Source of the DNA: Phoronis australis
Taxonomy: Eukaryota; Animalia; Phoronida
DNA length: 52,869 nt
Direction: 5' to 3'
Assembly (NCBI GenBank): GCA_002633005.1
Contig: NMRA01000721.1
Location: 16,662-69,530 of the forward strand
Below, piece by piece: positions 23,381 to 36,700 of the stretch. The notes under the pieces were generated by a model. That model was not told where the DNA came from, searched no databases, and was given only the letters and a program-made list of their open reading frames with translations. Positions within the stretch are counted from its first letter, which is position 1. Every line of letters begins with the position of its first letter. Position numbers and translations under genes: made by a program.

Positions 23381-26300
23381 AGATTACCTTTTGAAAAACC
23401 TCGTTAATCCATGTTTAAACGTCTTTGGAATAAAACTTTGTATTCTGCATATTTCCCCTCAAGTGAGAAAAACTAATTTGTAATACTCCTACATTTTCTT
23501 TAAGAGAATGCAAAAGTCTAAAAAATATTTTGTTAGGTTAAATATGGACATTAAAATCAAATTGAAACAACTATTGACAACACAAAGGTAACAAGCCTAA
23601 TAGCAAAGTGTTAGGTCTTTCTCAAAACGCTGAAAATTTTGACTGTGGTGCATTTCCGAAATAAAAAATGGCCTAAAAATTATTGAAAATTCAGTTGAAT
23701 TTGAAAATATTTTTGCTTGTGTAGAATTTGAATAATTTGGACTCAAATTTTGGCTGAACTATCACGTGTTAAAGCCAACATTACCAAAGGAAGCGGAAGC
23801 GTTTATTTAACTCAAAAGAAGCGGTAAATTTTCTTCAAATTTTAAGACAGCAACCACTTAATAGAAAAATAGTGTTTCATGGTAAGGAACCTTTTTGTTA
23901 AAGTTAACACACCAACCACGACAAGCACACACAAATATAGTATACGTCCAGTTATATACGCTGGAATCTAAAGCAACATTATCACCCACACAAAATGAGG
24001 GATGACTAAGTACATTTACCATTTACATGTACTCTACTACTCAACACTGATCGTTTTCAAACTAGGTGAATGAAGTTTGCTAAATGATACTTTTCAAAAA
24101 CAACATTCTGAAAACGTACAATATTGTGTGAATTTTGAATTACCACCATGGTTGTAGCAAGAATACTTCTAGTAAACATTATGCTCCCAAATCATTCAAA
24201 TCGCAGTCAGTACATATATTTTTCTGGGTACATCATAGTCCGACTTCTCAGATATTTCATTGCCATGGTAGACCAACATGTTACACGGATGCCGCCGAAC
24301 CTCATAACGCACACAAATTCCGAACAAAAACATCATCTGGATTTTCCAAAATAAAAAACGCATCCTAAAGTGAGCCCGTGGGCATATTTTGGGATAACTT
24401 TACAAATTTATGCAATCGGGCGCATCTCTTTTAAAATTTTTTGGATTGTATTAAAATACTTATGTATTATCGTCCGAAGTAAAAGACTTATGTAATGTAT
24501 GTGGTTGTTAAATATTTTTTATTTTGGCCAGATGTTGTATTCTTGATCACACACGTGACTATCATTTAATGAGATATTCTGGAATTTTGTTAGTAACTAA
24601 CGGTATTTGCACAGTATAAAGTACAGTTTAATAAAGTCTGGTCACTGAGCGAAAAGTAATGGGTGGATAATTTTTAGTACAATACACTTATCATAGATAA
24701 AAAGAACGTTCGATTTAAAGTTCAACACAGAATGCTTGACACAATTTACTAAAATGCTATTCCTTTAGAAAAGTACAGGAGATAACATTTTACGTTTTTG
24801 GAGAGTCGTTTTCCGAATATCCGCCAATATACATGTAGTATTAGAGAAGGCCTAAAACCCAACGTTTTCTATTGTAAATCTAAGACAAGTTTGCATCCCC
24901 GGTATTGGAATAAAAACGGTATAGCGTCATTGATATTAAGATAGGCAGTTCATACAAAAACAATTCCACCTTGTTATCAAGTATTAACACTGCAAGGGTA
25001 GAGAGACAGCTTAATCAATGCTCATCGATCGAATACTTCTTTCATCCATGTTTTATGTCTTACAACTTCAGGAATTTAAAGCAAGAGACATGTCATTATG
25101 TTCTTCTAATTAAAAGTATTGGTCTTATTTCACGTTGATCGACCAGCCTATAGAAAAATGCGATCTATACTGTAGGTAAACACGTGATCGATGGCGCTTG
25201 TTCTCCCACGTGGAAAATGAATTACTGCAAAAATTGAGTGAGAGGCAAAATCAATGTGCAACTGATGCCAATACTGATTATAGCATATTAGCATGTTTTG
25301 ACACGTGTTGGCACAGTTTTATGATCCATGGGATGTTTATAATAAATATTGCTTTCATTGGATTGGCGAGGAAGCTTGTGTGAAGTGTATAAACAGTTGT
25401 AAGATTAATAGTAGGTTTGTAGTCAATATTTATTATATTAGATTGGCGAGGTATTTTTTATGACGTGTTCACACAATTGTAAAGGTTAATGGAAACGTTT
25501 AATAATTTACATTTAAATAAATTGAAGATAATACGAACTGAAATGTGCCGAGGTTGCGCTCTCATGTTTTTGGAATGCGGACATCTGGTTTTTAACGAAT
25601 TACAAAGTTTACTTTAAAACGTACCTGCAGTAGGCAACAGCATTATGTTTCATGATTAAACTACCTATTATTGCATACTTTGGAGATTATTTTGCAAAGT
25701 CAATCACAAAAGCACTCTAGAGTAATCTTTTATTTATACTAGTTCCACGACCAGCTCTAGTCCTCTGTTTTAGTCACGTAAGACAAAATGTAATTGAAAT
25801 TTTCTGGCTATGGAAACACTGCCATAACATTGCAATACGTAAAAGTAAAGGAATCACCCTGTGGCATATCTCTTAGAGACCCCTAGAAATTAACTGTATT
25901 TTTTAGCCAAGCGGATATAAGGAGTGTGAAAAGGACGGCAGGTGTTTCACTCCTCACTTGTGTTGTTAAATTTCTGAAAAAATTACTTGAAAATAAAATA
26001 CTGTTGATCGATCACTACTTGGTTGGCAGTAAATTACTTTCTGTAGTAGTTCATCAGTCAATTCATCCCTTCATGAAGAAAATAATAGCTATTGTTATAC
26101 ATGGAGCAGCGTAGTGACATTCTAACCTCTTACGAGCAGACCGGCACCCATATTTTATTGGTAATGCGTCTTATACCCATGGCTGGTCACGCATTCGCGT
26201 ATCCCTTGCTAATACATCTAAACGATGGTGGGGTTATACCAAAGAGTGTAGTATTCTATGTACAATTCTTGATGTTACCATCTGACGTCACGGAAACATC

Positions 26301-27143
26301 GTCAGACAGAACTCAGGAGGAAGAATTCCCAGCTTCTTCTGAATTCACGAAGAATTTGGTGGGTACCCTTTAGTGTACAGGACACGCTTTTTAGCCACCC
26401 CTGCTGCAAATTCTCAGCAACTTGATTTACGCTTTTAGAACTAACACGAAGTGAGATCACGAATTGTGTGCTGTTGAAGCGAGATGTGACGGAGTTTACA
26501 AAGGAGGTCAAGTTCGCTGTATGGGAAGGCAGGCAAACGCGAAATAAGCTCGTCTTGAAATAGAGCCACACCATTATTTTAAATATTTGCCCACACAACG
26601 TATACCATTTTTGATTTCTCTATTGAGGAACAGTGTTGCAGATCAGAATAACCGACTTCTTTATTCTGTAGCCTAAAAGTTGCCGCCAGAAACTTTAAAA
26701 TTCCAACACAATCCTTCGTTGTTAGGCTTGGTATAATTTGCTTTCATACACATGTCTTGAAGTAAGCAAAACATATGATGGAAATTGCATATCTGAATCT
26801 GATCCCTTTGTGGAATTTGCACTTTCAGAGAAAAGAAGTCTTAAATGTTTTTCTCGGGTGCCATCGGTTAATAAATCAAGTCATGAGGCCACCTCTGTTC
26901 AAACGTCATAATAAAATGCATAGCAAACATGAATTACGTCTTCTAACACGGAGATTGAGCACTTTCGCGTATTACGAGTACTCAGTTCAGTCAGTATAGA
27001 GCTTTAATGAATGTGCATAAAATGTGGGTTACTCTGGTCTGGATAGGTTTTGATTCAGAACACAGTCAGAAACAGAACTGTTTACAGCATTTACCCCCTT
27101 GGTGTAATACACTGTAATACAGTTTACACCACAGGTTTACAAT

Positions 27144-29072
27144 AGACTCTATTCACGCGGCGGACATTAAAATCCAAAGCGAGGCTCACTGCGATAGACA
27201 AAGCGGAAATTTACATTTCATGAGTTAAATGGCCGGTCTTTGGAGTCCAATCTGAATATTAAATCTTAAAAAATGTGTCAATAATTAACCACAGAAACGT
27301 AGAAAAATACAGTTAAAGAACAAGTCAATGCACCAAACAGTTGTCTGACGAAAGGACATAGGTTTTTTCCGGAAAACTAGGTTCGAAACATGAAAAGTAA
27401 ACATGACCAAATTGCGGAGATCGTAGTGTTACGGATTAGGTATGCTGAATGCAGGGTTCCGTTTCTTCTAATAAATTCTTGATAAAAATGCTTTCTACAC
27501 GAACCAGGTCATCTGGTCGTATTGTTGACGAGTTGAAGATATATTCGACAGTGGTGGCTCATAGTATTTTGCTGTCATGCGCAATTAGTCTCATCTGGTT
27601 TAATTTGTTGATCAAGAGTAGGCTTGTTAGCTTCAAGCATAGCCTATATCCTGGTGAGGTAGGCACTACCGGGACTAACAGTTGATTTGTCATTGGTCTG
27701 AAATAATATTTGATGTTATTAAATATATATTTTGATTACGATAAAAAACTAGGCTCGCAATTGAAAATAAAAATTATGTGACCATCAATTCTGCTTTCTT
27801 GGTTTTAATAATAACGTCTATTTCATGTTATATTTTTCAAATATCAATCTCGACCAAGTTGAATTTCAAAATTAAAACAACTAATTCTTTCCTCCAAAGC
27901 ATAACCTCGTTTTAGAGCTCAATTTAAGTTAACTGGACAGAACACAGTGGCGGATTTAGAGGGGAGCCAAGCCCCCACCCCCTAAAATTCTCCCAGATTC
28001 CATTTGACAGTTCAGGAGCGTGNNNNNNNNNNNNNNNNNNNNNNNNNNNNNNNNNNNNNNNNNNNNNNNNNNNNNNNNNNNNNNNNNNNNNNNNNNNNNN
28101 NNNNNNNNNNNNNNNNNNNNNNNNNNNNNNNNNNNNNNNNNNNNNNNNNNNNNNNNNNNNNNNNNNNNNNNNNNNNNNNNNNNNNNCAATAGCACCCCGC
28201 TCTTTTGCAAGCTCTCATAGCTCTGTCTCAAGTAGCATTTTCAGTGGCTGATCTGGGATACCATCGATATAGGCCTAGTGAGGGGGGGGGGCCGACATCC
28301 TCGGTTAAGCGGGCAAAAGCCGTATGCACGTAGGCGGCCCGGAAGTTGAGGGCGCCGAGGATGTATACCTTCTGCTCAGGAAATCTGTCGTTGGACTAAA
28401 AAAATAAAACGGAACGTGTTTTTCCCCCTCGTCCGCTACCGGTCCTAGCTCGAACTCAGTATAAGTTAATTCCTCCCGCTTCACGTTTTGCTGGTTTATT
28501 TTGCTTGCAACAGTCAAGTGGGAGGGCGAGCCCCTCCCCCCCTCCCCCTAAATCCGCCTATGATTTTGTACTTTTTCAGATTTGAACCGTTGGAGAGAAA
28601 TTTTCAATCACAAAGGGGATTTTTAGGCCTCGTGGCCGGGAATTTCGCGTGATTTTTCAATAGTTTTGAGAGGGGACTGGGCCGATATTTGGCCCCAAAA
28701 TTGAGGGATTGAGGGCCCTGTCCTTTTTTTAAATAAAAATGCATCGCGCTTCAATCCATAGTCATGAGAACCGTGACACACGGCCGAAGATTCTCCGGTC
28801 CCCGTTGCTATATCGGCATCCAGTCCGAGACGCGACAAATTATGATTCGAAAACAGTTGTAAATTTTACACGGACATATTTTCCTTCGTTGCGGCGTATG
28901 GCAAGGACCCAACGCTTCCGAATCCCAACGTCCTTAGGGGTTGTAAAACAGAGTGCCCGTATTTTTTCTAGCTGTTCGAGCAACGCGGGGTACAACTAAG
29001 CGGATAAGCCACCAGAGTTATCGTAGCGAGCCTCGTTTTGGAACGCGCCTCCTGTCGGCGTGAATAGGGTCT
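27144..29072. mobile_element. Non-autonomous ISL2EU/Harbinger-related element with nested MITEs
   Basis: TIR AGAC(T/C)CTATTCACGC at both ends, flanked by AT (27142-43, 29073-74); contains an N-gap. Confidence 0.7.
28242..28562. mobile_element. GC-rich MITE with 5-bp TSD
   Basis: CAGTGGCTGATCTGGG ... CCCCTAAATCCGCCTATG; ATTTT on both sides. Another left end (CAGTGGCGGATTTAG) at 27945 runs into the gap. Confidence 0.75.
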
Positions 29073-30013
29073 ATGGTAACATATCAGCTCTTAGCAGTGT
29101 TTCTCGTGAGACACGGGGTCATCTCCATGTGTCCCGGGTGGTACGTATCCCTTGTTGTAGTGTTCTGTGGTTAATGTGGCCTGGTTCTACGTGTCCCGTT
29201 TTATGCATACCAGGGTTCTTTGTGTACTTTGCTCTATACACGTACGCCCAGCTTGTTTTGCATCAGACGAGGTTCTATGTGTCCCGGGGACTGTGTGTCG
29301 CGGTGTCTGTATGTCTTGGTGTGGCAGTTGTGATTGTCCCCCAGTAGAAAATTTAATAGCTGCACGTACTTGAATGCCATTATACGTGCAAACCATTCAG
29401 TAGATTCCCTGGATGCTTCATTCTAATACACGCAAACCGAACAGTTTCTTCTGGGTGACGATAGTTACTTTCACACCGGGTTCTATGCGTACATGTATAT
29501 GGTCTGCGCTCGAGCAGCAAAGAAACTCAACATAAGATCGCCGTTTGCTATATAGTCAAAATTCTTCTAACTAAAAGTGCATTTCCAAGATTCAGCTTGT
29601 ATTTGGAAATTCTAGGCGGCGTGGTTTGATTTGACAACGACCAGGATCCGATCAGTATGCACAAAAATAACAAATTACTTGTCGATTTTTGTCAATCTTA
29701 AATAACTCTGTCGTGACTTTTTCGTATTTCGAACACTTCAGGTGGCACCTTCGTTGGATCTTGAAATAAATTTGAAAACAGAATACATATGCTTCATACC
29801 ATTGGCATGCAGTTTTTCTCCGTCGAGATTGGGTACACGAGCGCAGTTTCGCACACAGACATTTTTTATCATGTTGCTTTCCTTAGTCGCCATCGCTGTC
29901 TATGCAATGCTCTCTGGGTTGCAGTACAGCTAATTTGCTGATTTACTTGACAAAATCTGAAGAGAATTATTTCCTTTTATTAGGTTTAAAACGGCTCTTC
30001 AAAAGGCCATCAG

Positions 30014-31347
30014 GGCCCGGTCTCCAATCTCCGTACTCATACTCATACTCATACTCGAGATTTCATACTAAAAATCGTGCTCACTGGAGTCGTACTCAAA
30101 AAAGCGTATCTAATGTCGTATTTCGAGTAGACTCCAAAAGTACTCAAATCTGACACTCATACTCGAGTTGCTGATTTATCGCTCCCTATTGGAATAGACT
30201 ACCCCAAGAACTAGGCCTACATTGTCGTCTGCTGTCGCTACACTACAAGAGTATGTCTATAACGTGGAATTCTGAGTGTTCTGTAACTGTTATTCATTTT
30301 TTAGTTTCATTAAATATTCTTATGCCATTTCTTTGATACATTTGGCAATTATTAAGCTTTACTTCTTGAGTCACCCAGTCCCGAAAATGTCTTAAGAAAT
30401 ATGTAACAGCTTATCACATCACATCTCTGTTGCCAATTTAGTCTTGACATAAAACCCATTGCCGTGTAGGTCTACGTTGATGTCAAACTTTGATACTGTA
30501 TCTTTGTATTTTACCGGGATGTATCAAGTGAGTTGACATTTGGCACGTGAGTTAAAAAACAGTACTTGTGCAAGCATTCAGAGTTCACCAGTGGCAGTGA
30601 ACGGGACGAGACGTCTACTTAGAAATCGGCAGCAAAATCTGGAATTCCATTTGGGGATTGAGGAATTATAGATGACTAAGTTATGATGAGAAATGTACCT
30701 GACTGGAAAGCGAACTGTTTTTAACTTCCCTCCCCTCCTCGTCTTTTGGAAACCCTACAAAACTTAGTACACATACCGAAATAAGAGCAGCACAAACTTC
30801 TCATACGACTTTTTCCACAACTGCTTTCGACTCTTGCTATGACTCGCCGACAAGGGATTATAATGCGCCTGTTGCCAGGAATTGTAGAGGTAGAATGGCG
30901 GCCATAACATACAGTGATACGGCGGGTTAATAAGGTGAAGAATAAGGAGATTTAAGATGAAAACTATTATCTCTGAATTGAAATTGAAGTGCTGAGATAC
31001 GGTAAGAGGACTTATTTTTTTTAGATTTGCTGTGTTTCCTGGTTCCCTTTCGATCTCTTGTTCTCTGGCACGTATTTACTTTCGAGTACGATTTCAAGCA
31101 CACTGCCATACCTAACTTTAAATTTGAGCATAGACTCCGAATTTTTACTCAAAATCGTACTCGTAATATAGATGAGATACACTTCAGTTCGAGGACACTT
31201 GAAAAGTAAGTACGTGCTCGAAATTTCGAGTACAGATTTTTCGAGTACCACATTGAATACACCAAAGCTGAGTCTGTACTCGAGTTGAGTACGAAGTGTG
31301 AGTTTGAGCATGATTCGAGTCTGAGTACGGAGATTGGAGACCGGGCC
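30014..31347. mobile_element. Non-autonomous PIF/Harbinger element
   Basis: Perfect TIR GGCCCGGTCTCCAATCTCCGTACTCA at both ends; CAG TSD (30011-13, 31348-50); subterminal TACTCA/TACTCG repeats. Confidence 0.9.
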
Positions 31348-32798
31348 CAGGCGCAACTGTGGCACTTTCTTATGAAACATGCACAAGTTGCCTGTGGTCT
31401 GTTCTGTGTACCCTGTCGTGGTGGAACAGCGTGTGCTTCTCTGTGACCTCTAAAGCTGTACCGGCGGAAGTATCATACTTCCAGAATGGTCTTATCTGCC
31501 AGACAGTTCGCAAACTAGAGGTCAGACAAAACCCCCGCCATCCCCTAAGGTCGGCTCGGTGTCTGTTGGTCTCTCGTCGTTCTGGCGTCCTGAAAAATGT
31601 GGGATGAGAATGATTAGGTTGGAATATTTCCTCAGCCTTGGATAACCAACTTTGGGCTGCTGCAGGCCTGATGGTCATCAAATCCTGCAGTGCCTTCCTG
31701 TTGACGCCCATTATAAGTCTCACGCTAGATTTTGTCTTAAACAAGTGGCAACTGACAAAGACAACGCGGATTTAGCCGCGGTGCACAGAATGGTGCCTGT
31801 TGAACTAGGGTACTAAACTCTATATGTACATCGTTATCCCTGAATGTGAAGGTAAACATTCCGATTGTGTGACGAAATTGTACATTGCATGATATTCACA
31901 TAAGACAATGTCCCTTATAAATTTTTTTTTTCTGACTGTTGTGTTTCTCAGAACGTTGATCTTGTGGACAACTCCATACCAAATTGTCTGTCAGGATAAA
32001 TTTACACGTCACTGATTTTGTTTGCCATTTCTGTTCGGTCATTTTATTGACACCTCTCACTCACTATAATATCGATTTTAATTTCTAGGCACTTGTTCTG
32101 TTCTCTGTCAGTCAGGTGCAGAATCTACAACTACATGTGATTTTTGTTGTGGGTTTCAGAATGATTCCCCATATCATTAATTAGTTGTTACTGTTTTAGC
32201 TTGCCCGTGAAAAAATCACGTTGAGCACTGTCTGTCACCATAATTTAGTTTGTAATGAGTATCAAGTTGAAATAATCCCAGTGAAAACTGGTGTTTCAAT
32301 CTGTGAGAAAGTTTACTTCAATTCAGAAGACACCGCCGAACACATGAGCTGATAAGTCATTACTGGGTGGCCTATAGTGGTAAGAACTCATAGCCTTTTA
32401 TCAAGTCTAAAACGTGTTACAGCTAAGTTATCCATAGTGAGAGATCTTCAATACATCTTTTTGTGTTTTCTTCAGCGAATTTGAGTGTTCAAACTCTTAT
32501 TTTTAACCTTCTTTTGTCCGTTACTATTTGGTCATATTTCCTCTGTACATAGCTTTAGGTCAATCATTATCTATGTGTTTTGTATTCACTTGAAACAGAA
32601 CTAACTGGCTTCCCAAGATTGAATTTATATGTTGTGCTTTTCAACAAAATTGCTATTTATGTACCTGTAAGCGAGCCTATGATATAATTTTGTTTTTTTT
32701 TAAATGACTCCCCTAGTTTTCCAGACTACCTTATTCATTTAACAACCCTTGAATTTTCAACAAGCATTGGTGTATTAATTGTTAAATACGGCTATCCT

Positions 32799-33770
32799 TT
32801 GAGTGCCTCGAGCAGTGTGAGTTTCTCTGGTCTTACATTGTTTTCTCCCTCATGGTCACAGTTCAATTCCTCTCACCGGCATCGAATGAGATATCACGCT
32901 ATGCGGGTTCAGCTTACTGATGTGTCTTACTATTGTTTATGTAACACCTGTATGCATTACAGAATCATCATTGGCATGTGCCTCCTTTTAGCTGGCGATG
33001 TTGAAGAAAATCCTGGGCCTGAAGACAATACTACCTTTAAAATCTTTTTTTCAAATATTAACAGTATTAAATCCAACAATTTCTCCAGATTCCAACTTCT
33101 AAAAAAATTTTTTCTGTCTTACGATTATTTGATTGCTTCTCTTTGTGAAACTTGTAATGTTACCAAAGACGACCTTGATAATGAACTAACCATTCCTGGT
33201 TACAGTGTAGCGTATCACAGTAACAGTGGCCGTGGTATCATCTTATTCACTAAAAACACACTCTCATTTAAATTATGTCCTAGCTTAACTTGTCCTCAGT
33301 TATACAACTGCTGGATCGAAATTTATTTCGATCACAGAAAAAATTACTATGGGTTGTTTTATCGCTCACCTTCTCAATCTCCAACTGAAAGAAAACGCTA
33401 CTTCAAAGCCCTAGCCGATCAGTTAGCGGAACTTAACCGCGATAGCGTTAGTATAATCATAAATGGTGATTTCAATGCCCGAAACTCTACATGGTACAAT
33501 GATGATCATGAGAATACGGCCGGACTACAATTGTTTGATATTTTATTGTCTAATGACTGCATACAACTAATTAATGAGCCAACCCGTATCACCGACGTTT
33601 CTCATTCATGTATTGACCTCTGTATAACAAACAATTTGAGTATCATTGACTCATGTTATGTACTACCTCCTGTTGGCAATTCTGATCACCACACTATCAA
33701 AACCTCTCTAACACTTAAAAAAACGGTTAAAGAACAACACACCACTCGAACCAACTGGAAATATGATTAG
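32799..33770 (+). CDS. LINE ORF N-terminal part: leader, 2A peptide and AP endonuclease domain (prematurely terminated)
   Basis: 323-aa ORF containing all APE catalytic motifs; homologous reading continues past the TAG. Confidence 0.85.
   Translation: MSASSSVSFSGLTLFSPSWSQFNSSHRHRMRYHAMRVQLTDVSYYCLCNTCMHYRIIIGMCLLLAGDVEENPGPEDNTTFKIFFSNINSIKSNNFSRFQLLKKFFLSYDYLIASLCETCNVTKDDLDNELTIPGYSVAYHSNSGRGIILFTKNTLSFKLCPSLTCPQLYNCWIEIYFDHRKNYYGLFYRSPSQSPTERKRYFKALADQLAELNRDSVSIIINGDFNARNSTWYNDDHENTAGLQLFDILLSNDCIQLINEPTRITDVSHSCIDLCITNNLSIIDSCYVLPPVGNSDHHTIKTSLTLKKTVKEQHTTRTNWKYD
32982..33020 (+). other. 2A / StopGo ribosomal skipping motif LLLAGDVEENPG|P
   Basis: Exact D(V/I)ExNPGP consensus, in frame directly upstream of the APE domain. 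Confidence 0.9.
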
Positions 33771-36700
33771 GTCGACACCGATAAACTGCGTCAGGATATC
33801 ACCAACACTGACTGGGATTCCATATTGAACACTGGCGACATTGATGACACTGTTTCACTCTTCACTAGTACTCTCTATGAAATCTTAATTAAAAAACAAC
33901 ATCCCATCAACTGAAAAGATAATTAAACACAACATCCAACCGTGGTTCAACACTAATGTTAAACGGGCAATCCGCACAAGAAACAGACTTTACAGCTCTT
34001 TCAGAAGATCTAACAACACTATAATCTACAACAGATACAAGGAGCAGTCACGTCTGGTTGAAACTTTAGTAAATCAAGCCAAAGCTGATCACCGACACAA
34101 GCTTTTTCAACAAATTAACAGCGCAAGCAAGAATTCCAAAGAATACTGGAACATCATCAATAAAATACGCGGCAGTCAACAGCAATCCTCCTATCCTGTC
34201 ATCAACTATAATGGTAACCTAGCCTCACGTAGTNNNNNNNNNNNNNNNNNNNNNNNNNNNNNNNNNNNNNNNNNNNNNNNNNNNNNNNNNNNNNNNNNNN
34301 NNNNNNNNNNNNNNNNNNNNNNNNNNNNNNNNNNNNNNNNNNNNNNNNNNNNNNNNNNNNNNNNNNNNNNNNNNNNNNNNNNNNNNNNNNNNNNNNNNNN
34401 NNNNNNNNNNNNNNNNNNNNNNNNNNNNNNNNNNNNNNNNNNNNNNNNNNNNNNNNNNNNNNNNNNNNNNNNNNNNNNNNNNNNNNNNNNNNNNNNNNNN
34501 NNNNNNNNNNNNNNNNNNNNNNNNNNNNNNNNNNNNNNNNNNNNNNNNNNNNNNNNNNNNNNNNNNNNNNNNNNNNNNNNNNNNNNNNNNNNNNNNNNNN
34601 NNNNNNNNNNNNNNNNNNNNNNNNNNNNNNNNNNNNNNNNNNNNNNNNNNNNNNNNNNNNNNNNNNNNNNNNNNNNNNNNNNNNNNNNNNNNNNNNNNNN
34701 NNNNNNNNNNNNNNNNNNNNNNNNNNNNNNNNNNNNNNNCTCCACCCCATATGCAATTCCTCCGTCGTTCAGTCAGGCATTCAGAAGGTCTACAGTCATG
34801 ATGTGCATCAACAACTGGAATTCTCTTCCAGTCTCTGTTAAGGAAAGCAACTCTTTTACGAGTATAAAAAATAATTTTAGAACTGTTTTTTATAATTTTG
34901 ATAACACAACACCCTTGACTCAATTCTCCCTTATCCGCGATAACGAAATAGCATTGTACAGATCAAGACGTGGCCTTTTCCTCAACTCTGACAAGTTCAG
35001 GCACAACTTTATTAATGTCTCTCCAAACTGTAAATGTGGTGACCATCAATCTTATCCTCATATTTTCTTCATATGTCCCCTCATCGAATCCCTGAGAGAC
35101 TCACTCTTTCGTGCACTCAATGATGACCAATCAATTGTTAACGCTCTCAATTCTAGTAATAATATCCCTACTAGAGTTACATTATTACTGAATGGTAGTC
35201 CTAACCTTGACTTTGTTCTCAACGAATTCCTCCCAAGCAACGTTAGCAAATTTTTATGTACCGTTTATCAATATTGTTGCATCTGATTTCCCTACATGAA
35301 TCTGTAAATATTTTTGTTTTTATATATGTATATCTGTAATAGCATGTCTAAGTATTGGAATACTTATTTTAGATACTACTTAATTGTATATACCTCTATG
35401 TATATAAGTTTAATTTATGAATTGTTTACAACCCAGATATAATGCTTCGCGGTTTCTGGGTTTGTTATTATTTCTTTGTATGTTCTTTGTATCCTTCAAT
35501 AAATGTATATCACAGTGAAAACTATCAGTAAAACAAAAACGGTTATAGTACATGTACATACATCTGCGGCTGTCTGCAATCACCCTTACTGGATCACGAT
35601 TTGTCAAGGCGTTTCCTATTTACCTGGCGATTCCATTTCCAGTGTGCCTTTAATTAGGCCTTAGTATTTTTGCAGTTGTGGGTGACCTCTCATAAACTTT
35701 TACAAATGGTTTTGTAATAGAGAGATAACGATACTTTTTCCATATCCTGACAGGCTTGATGCATTCTCCTCTATCTAATGGCCACACCATTAAAAACACA
35801 GTTACAGTCGTGGGCACATATCAACGCTTCGCTCCTGCATTTCAAGAGATAAATGGAGTACATTAGATCAAAATTTAATTCAATTGAGCACTAATAACAT
35901 GAATAAATGAGTTACTATCGACACAATGCAAAACAGTGATAATAGTATATTCACACCTAGCTAAGCAAATTATATAGACATTTTTTATAATCCACTTATA
36001 TAGGTAACGGAAATGTGCTCAGTTCATGGCGGCCAGTTATAATGCACTCATATCATTATCATGTCATTTATAATGTACTTTTGTAAAATGACAAGCTGCT
36101 ATGGAGACATTTGGCAACTTCATTTGTGATTGCATTAATGACGTCATTCACCAAGTCATTAGAACCAAAAATTTTAGACTTATGGTTATGAAACTGCTTT
36201 TGATTGTTGCTTATGATGCCCTTGATAGCGACTAAACCTTCCAAGGTGAGGAACAACAGAACTTTTAAATACCAATGATTGTACAAAATATTATCAATCA
36301 TGCTTAGCTGTGAGGCTTTTGTACTGGGTGTACATGTATGTTAAGGCCTGGCGAATGTAGTATGCCGTTACGGGGAGCAACTGCATGATTCAGAGGACAA
36401 CTCCTGTTGAGGGTGTACATTCGGCATGACAAAAACGTGTGATTATTTTTGACCGTGAACCTGGAGGAGACTAAGGGGCTGTTCTGGGCCCCTTAATCCG
36501 CCTTTGTAATTGTCCCGACTTTAGTGTCACATTGTTTTCTTGACGTGTCAAATCATTTGGTTATGTATTTTCTTCATAGTATCAAATTTCTATTTAACAT
36601 TAAATATCTTTGTTTGATTTGATAAAATTGTAAACTTGTAAAAAATCTATTTAGAATAGAAATGATTCATTAACTTTCATAACCACATGTCATCTTTTCA

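Larger units (their letters stand above)
32700..35520 (+). mobile_element. CR1-group non-LTR retrotransposon (2A peptide + APE endonuclease + RT remnant + C-terminal CCHC), disrupted
   Basis: APE motifs NINSI, LCET, GRGIIL, YRSPS, GDFNA, EPTR, SCIDL, SDH. Stop at 33768-70 and a frameshift near 33895, then PWF...AIRTRNRL...AK...YW linker. After the N-gap: WNSLP and SPNCKCG...HIFFICP; AATAAA near 35498. Confidence 0.92.

Noticed and set aside
26200-26560. L1/Tx1 C-terminal relic (VKFAVWEGRQTRNKLVL)
   Set aside because: One weak motif; the zinc-knuckle residues are absent.
31370-31744. 124-aa ORF or retroelement fragment
   Set aside because: Only vague resemblances to HERO or GIY-YIG sequences; nothing diagnostic.
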